DNA from: Nanopusillaceae archaeon
GTDB taxonomy: Archaea > Nanobdellota > Nanobdellia > Nanobdellales > Nanobdellaceae
Assembly (NCBI GenBank): GCA_038833255.1
Contig: JAWBIX010000004.1
Span: forward strand, 1-21,519
Length of the DNA stretch: 21,519 nucleotides
Direction of reading: 5' to 3'
The position numbers were made by a program, and so were the translations under genes. A model generated the notes under the pieces. It was not told the origin of the DNA. It made no database searches and was given only the letters and a program-made list of their open reading frames with translations. Positions within the stretch are counted from its first letter, which is position 1; each line of letters opens with the position of its first letter. This document shows, in pieces, positions 15,385 through 21,519 of the stretch.

Positions 15385-17610
15385 ATGGAAACTTTGCCAT
15401 ATTCTATAGAAATAGAAGGAAATGATAGAATACTAAAAATTGATGCTCAAAAGTATCCTTATCTTGCTACAATTGAAGAGGATCCAGAGATAATGGGTTT
15501 TGTTATTTCAAGAATTATAGAAGATCCCAGAATTACATCTATAGAAATAGAGCAAGAAGAAGTGATATCATATCATGGTTCTTCTGTTGATTATTTGAAA
15601 GAATTTGTAGAACTTTATTTAAAATTTAGAGACGTTATTCCGAAATATTATGGATTTCTTGTTAAATCTACTCCATTCTATTTTGAATATCAAAAAGCAA
15701 TTAAATTAATCGAAAAAGAATTTATTAAGCATCCAATTAAAGTGTATGTTGATCTTAAAAGATTATTAAGAAAACTAAACGTAATATCTAGAAAAAATCA
15801 GGAATTGTCTGGCTTTTCTAAACCATTGATAGAGCTTTTATCTTTTTTTGTGACAGAATTTGAAAAGTCTAAAGTATATAAAATAATTAAAGATTTTTTA
15901 GTAGGCTATAGGGGACAAAGAGATATATACAAGAGATTATTTATTGCAGATATAAAACCAAAATTTGTTTTTTTAAAACAAATATTTAAAATAGATCCCG
16001 ATGCGGAGATAATAGAAAGTTATAAGTTAGATAAAGATACGGAAGTTATTATATTTAAAAAAAGAGATGAAGCATTTTACAGATACTATATATACCCTTC
16101 AGAATATAAATTAACATCTGACGAAATCTCTATGTTAAATCAGGCTAGGGAAATTTTAATGAAATATCAACCCAGTGCTTCAGATTATCTTTATCCAGAA
16201 AAACTTAGAGATATTTATGAAAAAATATCTGAAAATATTTTGTTAAATTTAATAAAAGATAAAAATATTTCTAAAGACAGATTAGAGTTGTTAAGAAATA
16301 TACTAATAAGATATACTATTGGATTTGGAATAATAGAAAAGTTAGCTTTAGACGAAAGAATAATTGATATCTACGTAAACCCTCCAGCAGGAATAACGCC
16401 AATTACATTGTTACATGTAGATTATGATCTTTGTGTTACAAACATAATACCTACAAAACGAGAGTTAGAATCTTGGGCAACTAAATTAAGATTATTATCT
16501 GGAAGACCTTTTGATGAGGCAAATCCAATAATTGATACAGAAGTAGAATTTAATGGAATAAGATTAAGAGTAGCAGGAGTAACAAGACCACTTAGCTCTC
16601 ATGGGCTTTCTTATGTATTTAGAAGACATAGAGAAAGACCATGGACTTTACCATTATTTATTCTAAATAAAATGATATCTCCAATTGCTGCTGCATTTCT
16701 ATCTTTTTTAGTTTATAATGGTAGAACAATTTTAATTGCAGGTACTAGAGGAAGCGGTAAGACTTCACTATTGACTTCTTTACTATTGGAACTTCCAAGA
16801 AAGGTAAGAATAATTACTATAGAAGATACTTTAGAGATTCCAGTTATGTATTTAAAAAGATTGGGATATGATGTTTTGTCTTTAAAAGTTAAAAGTCCAT
16901 TTTCATTGCAATCTTCAGAATTAGATGCAGAAAGTGGAGTGAGAGCATCTTTGAGATTGGGAGATTCTGCTATAGTTCTAGGTGAAGTAAGATCAAGAGA
17001 AGCACAAGTTTTATACGAAGCTATGAGAGTTGGAGCTTTATCTAATGCAGTTTTAGGTACAATACATGCAGAAAGTCCATATGGAGTATTTGATAGGGTT
17101 GTAAATGATTTAGGAACACCAAAAACATCATTTAAAGCTACAGATATAATAGTAATAGTAAATCCTATTAAAAGTCCATCAGGATTAAGAAAATATAGAA
17201 GAGTTTTGAGAATAACAGAAGTAAGAAAACATTGGAGTGAAGATCCTTTAAAAGAAAGAGGTTTTGTGGATTTAATGATTTATGATCCAGAAAAAGATGA
17301 ATTACAAATGACTAAAGATCTTATAAATGGAGATTCTGATATTTTAAAATCTATAGCATCTAGAACAAAATTTTTGTCAAAATCTTGGGAAAGACTTTGG
17401 AATATGATAGAAATTTTAGCAGAAATTAAAAAAAGTCTTGTAGAGTTTTCATTAAATTCTGGAAGGTTAGATCTTTTAGAAGCAGATTTTGTTGTTATCT
17501 CTAATGAAAAGACATACTCTCTAATTGACGAAAGCATAAATAGATTTGGAGAAATAGATAAGGAGTATATAATAAATGGATACAAAAAATGGTTGAGAGA
17601 AAAGATATAA
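15385..17610 (+). CDS. FlaI/GspE/VirB11-superfamily type IV filament / secretion ATPase with a long N-terminal region
   Basis: Walker A 'GTRGSGKTS' (codon 453 at 16741), Asp box 'RIITIEDTLEI', Walker B 'AIVLGEVRSREA' and His box 'LGTIHAES'. At 741 aa it is clearly longer than characterised FlaI proteins, which are roughly 510-550 aa from memory. Confidence 0.9.
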   Translation: METLPYSIEIEGNDRILKIDAQKYPYLATIEEDPEIMGFVISRIIEDPRITSIEIEQEEVISYHGSSVDYLKEFVELYLKFRDVIPKYYGFLVKSTPFYFEYQKAIKLIEKEFIKHPIKVYVDLKRLLRKLNVISRKNQELSGFSKPLIELLSFFVTEFEKSKVYKIIKDFLVGYRGQRDIYKRLFIADIKPKFVFLKQIFKIDPDAEIIESYKLDKDTEVIIFKKRDEAFYRYYIYPSEYKLTSDEISMLNQAREILMKYQPSASDYLYPEKLRDIYEKISENILLNLIKDKNISKDRLELLRNILIRYTIGFGIIEKLALDERIIDIYVNPPAGITPITLLHVDYDLCVTNIIPTKRELESWATKLRLLSGRPFDEANPIIDTEVEFNGIRLRVAGVTRPLSSHGLSYVFRRHRERPWTLPLFILNKMISPIAAAFLSFLVYNGRTILIAGTRGSGKTSLLTSLLLELPRKVRIITIEDTLEIPVMYLKRLGYDVLSLKVKSPFSLQSSELDAESGVRASLRLGDSAIVLGEVRSREAQVLYEAMRVGALSNAVLGTIHAESPYGVFDRVVNDLGTPKTSFKATDIIVIVNPIKSPSGLRKYRRVLRITEVRKHWSEDPLKERGFVDLMIYDPEKDELQMTKDLINGDSDILKSIASRTKFLSKSWERLWNMIEILAEIKKSLVEFSLNSGRLDLLEADFVVISNEKTYSLIDESINRFGEIDKEYIINGYKKWLREKI

Positions 17611-19607
17611 AGGATTATTTAAATATTGACATAGAAAAAGAATTAGAATTATATAAAGACCTATACTTCGGTAGTTTACTAAAACTTTACGAATCTATAT
17701 GTATAAAAATACATCGTTTTTTTAAGATATATTCTGGTGATAAAAATAAAATTCAGCAATTTGAATTAGTTAGAAAATCTCTTAATTTAAAAATAAACTA
17801 TCATCATATTTACGCATTTCAACTATTTTTTTTGATTTTATCTATTTTATTTTCATTTTTAATTTTATTTTTATTTGGTGATTTATTAATTTTAATTATA
17901 TTATTAATCTTTTCAATTCTTTTTTCATATTTTTTGGGAGAATATCCTTTTCTCCTTTATAAATCAACCAAAAATAAGAAGAGATCACAATTAATTTCTT
18001 TTTTGCTTTTTCTCGCTTTAAAAATGAGAGAAAGCCCAAATTTAGAAAAAGCTCTATTATTTTCAGTTAGATACACACCACCTCCGTTAAAACTGGATAT
18101 ACTTGTTTTATTAAAAGATATAATTAATAAAACATATCTTTCAGCTGCTGATGCTTTGGATAAATATTCAAAATTATGGGAAGATGAAGCACCGTTTTTT
18201 TCTACAGGTATACAGCTTTTAATTTCTTCTATTTATGAACCGGATCCTATAGAGCGAGAAAAGTTAGTAGATAGGGCACTAGAGGAATCTTTGGATTTAC
18301 TATTAAGTCATATGGAAGTTAATATAAGAGAGTTAAAGGGAGTAATAGATCTTATATCTGTTTTTGGAATTACATTTCCGACATTACTATTAACTATTTT
18401 CCCTTTAGCTTCTGTTTTTCTAGCAGAAGTATTTTCTCCAGTAATATTGTTTATTTTAGTAAATATAGTTATCCCAGTATTTGTTTTTGTTTCAATAAAA
18501 GGATTAATAGAGAACAAAATGTTTAGTATATTTTCTAAAGGAACAATTTATTATTATTTGCATTTAAAAGAAAGAGAAAAAACAATGATTAATTTAAAGG
18601 CTCTAGCAATTTCTATAGGAGCAGTTATTATATTTCTTTATCTGATATTTCATTTTATATTTGATTTTTTATCTAATTTCGTTTTGTTCAATATTATTTT
18701 GGTGGGGATATTTGTATTTAGTGTAGGATTAGGAATAGTTATTTATCATTTTATTTATTATTTTGCATTTAAAGATCTAGACATCGATTTAAGTAAAATA
18801 GAAAAAGATATTTCCTCTTTCTCTTTTACGCTAGGAAATGTTTTGATGAACAATATACCTATAGAAGAGGCAATTATTAAAATAAGAGATAGATTTAAGG
18901 GAAAACCTATAGAAAATTTTTTGAAAGAGATATACAAAAATCTTAGACTTGGAATTCCACTAAAAGTGGCAATATTTGATAAAAATATAGGTGTTTTAAA
19001 AAAATATCCTTCAGCATATTTAGAGGCAGTTATGGAATTATTAATAGAAAGTTCAGCTGTTTCTCCTAAAAATTGTGGAAAAACTGCAATTTTTATAGCC
19101 AAATATTTTAAATATGTAGAGAAAGTAAAGCGAAGGTTGTTAGATTTAACAGCAGAATCTATTTCTCAAATAAAAATTATATCTAGATTAGTTGGACCAG
19201 CAATTTTAGCAGTTGTTATCGCAGTTGCAATACTCTCTCTTTATATTTTGCACGGTCTTGGAATAATTATAAGAAATATAAAATTATATATGGAGACACC
19301 AACAGATTTTAACGAATATATAAGTTATGCAATAATAGACATTTTTAGTTTATTTTCATCTTCAGAAAATCTTACGCCACAGAGATTGTATATAATAGTT
19401 GGGTTTTTTAATATAACAATGACATATCTTTCTGTTTTGATTTTATCTATTGTAGAATATGAAGACGATAAAATAAAAAAATACAAATTAATTTATAGTT
19501 ATTTATTTAGATCCGTTTTACTATTTTTAATATTTTCATTATTAAGTATTATATTTTTGTGGAATTTAGTAGGTCCTCTATTTAGTGAATTTGCATATCT
19601 TTTTTAA
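17589..19607 (+). CDS. Divergent FlaJ/TadC-like polytopic membrane protein, the putative platform partner of the ATPase
   Basis: 672 aa, with its start overlapping the ATPase gene by 22 nt. Two helical cytoplasmic modules are each followed by TM helices. The first includes 'SQLISFLLFLALKMRESPNLEKALLFSVRY...LKDIINKTYLSAADALDKYSKLWEDEAPFF'. The second includes 'FSFTLGNVLMNNIPIEEAIIKIRDRFKGKPIENFLKEIYKNLRLGIPLKVAI...YPSAYLEAVMELLIESSAVSPKN'. The gene order ATPase then membrane protein matches flaI-flaJ / tadA-tadBC. Confidence 0.6.
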   Translation: MVERKDIKDYLNIDIEKELELYKDLYFGSLLKLYESICIKIHRFFKIYSGDKNKIQQFELVRKSLNLKINYHHIYAFQLFFLILSILFSFLILFLFGDLLILIILLIFSILFSYFLGEYPFLLYKSTKNKKRSQLISFLLFLALKMRESPNLEKALLFSVRYTPPPLKLDILVLLKDIINKTYLSAADALDKYSKLWEDEAPFFSTGIQLLISSIYEPDPIEREKLVDRALEESLDLLLSHMEVNIRELKGVIDLISVFGITFPTLLLTIFPLASVFLAEVFSPVILFILVNIVIPVFVFVSIKGLIENKMFSIFSKGTIYYYLHLKEREKTMINLKALAISIGAVIIFLYLIFHFIFDFLSNFVLFNIILVGIFVFSVGLGIVIYHFIYYFAFKDLDIDLSKIEKDISSFSFTLGNVLMNNIPIEEAIIKIRDRFKGKPIENFLKEIYKNLRLGIPLKVAIFDKNIGVLKKYPSAYLEAVMELLIESSAVSPKNCGKTAIFIAKYFKYVEKVKRRLLDLTAESISQIKIISRLVGPAILAVVIAVAILSLYILHGLGIIIRNIKLYMETPTDFNEYISYAIIDIFSLFSSSENLTPQRLYIIVGFFNITMTYLSVLILSIVEYEDDKIKKYKLIYSYLFRSVLLFLIFSLLSIIFLWNLVGPLFSEFAYLF

Positions 19608-20241
19608 TTAAATCAATAGTAAGAGCATTTATTTTTCTTTCTAAAATGTCATCAATAATTCTAGGACATGCTATAATTATCCAAAAATCTATGTATGGAA
19701 AATTGACTAATTTATCTAAATCAATATTATCTCCTATAAAAAGGTAAATTTTTTTATCTTTAAATTTTTTTAATACGAATTTTAAGGAATTATAATCATA
19801 TTGACCTGGTTTTATTGAGATAATAACACCAATATTGTTTGAATTTTTTAAATTCTCCATTAAATATATTACTCTTGTAAAATATTTTCTATACTCGTCT
19901 TTTGGAATAATATTTATTTCCCCATTCACAGGATTGTATACAATTACTTCTTTTTTTAATTTTCTTATGATTTCTAACGCATGAAATTTCCCATCTCCAA
20001 CTAATAAAATTTTGTCTGTTGGTAAATCAGCGTTTTTAATATTACATCCTAAAATATAAAGAGAATTTTTATAGAAGACCTCATATCCTCTTCTTTTCAA
20101 TTCTGAAATAATTTTTTTAGTAATATCTAAATATTGTACTAAACAAACTATTCCAATCTTTTTTGGTAAAACATTTAATAATTTATCAAAGTTTTTTAAT
20201 TCGCTTATTTTTATTTTAATAGGAATAAAAACAATATCCAT
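19582..20241 (-). CDS. dph2: Diphthamide biosynthesis radical-SAM enzyme Dph2 (2-(3-amino-3-carboxypropyl)histidine synthase), a short form lacking the N-terminal domain
   Basis: 'YILGCN', 'LLVGDGKFHAL', 'IGVIISIKPGQ' and 'IIIACPRI' match the domain 2 and 3 signatures of archaeal Dph2. It is only 219 aa, against about 330-340 aa for characterised archaeal Dph2 (from memory). An in-frame stop 8 codons upstream of the ATG rules out a longer ORF. Confidence 0.75.
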   Translation of the reverse strand: MDIVFIPIKIKISELKNFDKLLNVLPKKIGIVCLVQYLDITKKIISELKRRGYEVFYKNSLYILGCNIKNADLPTDKILLVGDGKFHALEIIRKLKKEVIVYNPVNGEINIIPKDEYRKYFTRVIYLMENLKNSNNIGVIISIKPGQYDYNSLKFVLKKFKDKKIYLFIGDNIDLDKLVNFPYIDFWIIIACPRIIDDILERKINALTIDLIKKDMQIH

Positions 20242-20277
20242 AAAAGATATATTATTAAAAAGTTAATTAAGAATATA

Positions 20278-21423
20278 ATGATTGACCCTGTTACTGCTAA
20301 AAGATTAGCAGAAAGAATGAAAATACTTTATGGTAAATCAATTCAACTTAAAGAAGATTTATATGGTTTCACTCCCCCATCAAACTTAATTACGGAAAAA
20401 AAGTACCCAGTAGTTTCCCTAGGAATTTTATTTTCGGAATTAGAGGATATAGAGTTTTATGATAATCCTCTTTTTTGGGCATCGAATGAAATAAGTATAG
20501 AGAAGATTATACAATATAGAAGTAGTTTAGTAAATGCTAAGAGAGATGTTCCAGTAAATTTACCAAGAAAAAACGATAAATTATATGAAAGAATAGTTGA
20601 GGCATCTTTATCTGTGAGAGCAGTTAATTTAGAGGTAAAACTTAAAAAGATTCTAGAAGCCAAATTTATACCTAAAATATCATCATATTATGGGTTTGTT
20701 GGAAAATTAGATAATATTAAAATTATTGATAACCCCAAAATACCTAATAAAGTAGAAAACGTAATTAGAGATATCAAAGCAGAAAATGCAATATATTATC
20801 TATACAAAAGTGGTTTTTCAGATTATTATCTATCTAGATTATTCTCTTTAGGATTGTTTGGATTAAAAACAAACAAAAAAATAGTACCAAGCAAGTGGTC
20901 TATAACAGCAGTTCAAAGTATTATAGAGAAAAAAATATTGAAAGAACATTATGATAAACTTAAGAAGATAAATGAATACTTTTTATTTAATTATAAATTC
21001 TATGGAAATTGTTTTTATGGTATTCTAATGCCTGGCAATGGAAAAGTTGAGCTCATTGAAGCTATTTTGCCAGGATCTGCTTATAGTGTTAATAATCAAT
21101 TAATAATTGGTAGAGATGAAGAATCTGGAGGATATTTTTCTTTAAAATTATCTTTTGCTGAATATATGAGAGATACCAAAATCATAGGAAATTTGATAGT
21201 ATTTAGAATAATTACAGAAGAATATAAAATACCTCTAGGTGTATGGGTTGTTAGAGAAGGAACAAAAAAGATGTTTATGAATAAAATAGGATCATTTGAT
21301 AATTTTAGAGAAGCACTATCCTTTTTAAATTCTAAAATTCAAAAGAGACATAATTTAAGTGTGTACAAACTTCTAAGATACAGTAAGATATATAGACAAA
21401 AAAGCATATTATCATTTATTTAA
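20278..21423 (+). CDS. Nre-family archaeal DNA repair protein (NreA/NreB-like) with a C-terminal PIP box
   Basis: 'LYGFTPPSNLITEKKYPVVSLGIL' and 'KKIVPSKWSITAVQS' match the conserved Nre N-terminal boxes (sPPSvFVG..YP.V..GP and vPTRWSITAVD, from memory). The extreme C-terminus 'QKSILSFI' fits the PIP consensus Qxx[ILM]xx[FY][FYLI]. Confidence 0.75.
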   Translation: MIDPVTAKRLAERMKILYGKSIQLKEDLYGFTPPSNLITEKKYPVVSLGILFSELEDIEFYDNPLFWASNEISIEKIIQYRSSLVNAKRDVPVNLPRKNDKLYERIVEASLSVRAVNLEVKLKKILEAKFIPKISSYYGFVGKLDNIKIIDNPKIPNKVENVIRDIKAENAIYYLYKSGFSDYYLSRLFSLGLFGLKTNKKIVPSKWSITAVQSIIEKKILKEHYDKLKKINEYFLFNYKFYGNCFYGILMPGNGKVELIEAILPGSAYSVNNQLIIGRDEESGGYFSLKLSFAEYMRDTKIIGNLIVFRIITEEYKIPLGVWVVREGTKKMFMNKIGSFDNFREALSFLNSKIQKRHNLSVYKLLRYSKIYRQKSILSFI

Positions 21424-21519
21424 GTTTTTGTATAATTTTGTTATTCTATCTCCATAATAATGTATAGTTTGTATAACTTTGCCTTTTTGAATTTTATTTA
21501 TATCCTCAGAATCTAAAAG
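21412..21519 (-). CDS. Possible 3' end of a gene entering from the right edge (C-terminus ...LLDSEDINKIQKGKVIQTIHYYGDRITKLYKNLNK)
   Basis: Hand translation of the minus strand shows a frame open from 21519 to a TGA at 21414..21412 (35 codons). It overlaps the Nre 3' end by 12 nt. I recognise no motif, and support rests only on openness in AT-rich DNA and the window's gene density. Confidence 0.3.
   Translation of the reverse strand, partial: LLDSEDINKIQKGKVIQTIHYYGDRITKLYKNLNK

Noticed and set aside
1-21519. Search for tRNA (including split-tRNA halves), rRNA, CRISPR repeats, IS elements or integrases
   Set aside because: There are no G+C-rich islands outside coding sequence, and the longest non-coding gap is 120 nt and AT-rich. 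I saw no regularly spaced direct repeats, and no transposase- or integrase-like ORF. None can be supported.

Overview
This is an AT-rich archaeal window (roughly a quarter G+C by eye, not computed). It is very gene-dense: my tally of inter-ORF gaps is about 440 nt of 21.5 kb. Many genes overlap by 1 or 4 nt (TAATG / ATGA). The compaction, short proteins and scrambled ribosomal-protein cluster look like a reduced DPANN/Nanoarchaeota-type genome; that placement is inference only.

Most genes are recognisable housekeeping genes:
- Replication and repair: RFC small and large subunits, RadB, a TatD-type hydrolase and an Nre-family repair protein ending in a PIP box.
- Translation: uL4-uL23-uL2 followed directly by uS2, aRF1, the class I CCA-adding enzyme and a domain-1-less Dph2.
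- Other: a RIO kinase, a HIT hydrolase and TFE-alpha.

I see no rRNA, tRNA, CRISPR array or mobile element. All three stop codons terminate genes here (mostly TAA, five TGA, one TAG).

The best candidate for an undescribed system is a divergently arranged cluster at about 13.9-19.6 kb. One arm holds an unusually long FlaI/GspE-type secretion ATPase (741 aa, Walker A near residue 453), overlapping by 22 nt a divergent 672-aa FlaJ/TadC-like membrane protein. The other arm holds two coiled-coil proteins, a small N-anchored Cys-rich protein and TatD. No archaellin/pilin, FlaH or prepilin peptidase lies in the window.

Other points worth a second look:
- A second, better-conserved FlaJ-like gene with no ATPase next to it (3160..4809).
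- A small membrane protein translationally coupled between rfcS and rfcL.
- A third coiled-coil protein sharing the basic N-terminal tag of the 210-aa one.
- The truncated Dph2.
- An aRF1 with NIKD in place of NIKS.

All functional calls rest on motifs I can read in the translations. No database search was run.
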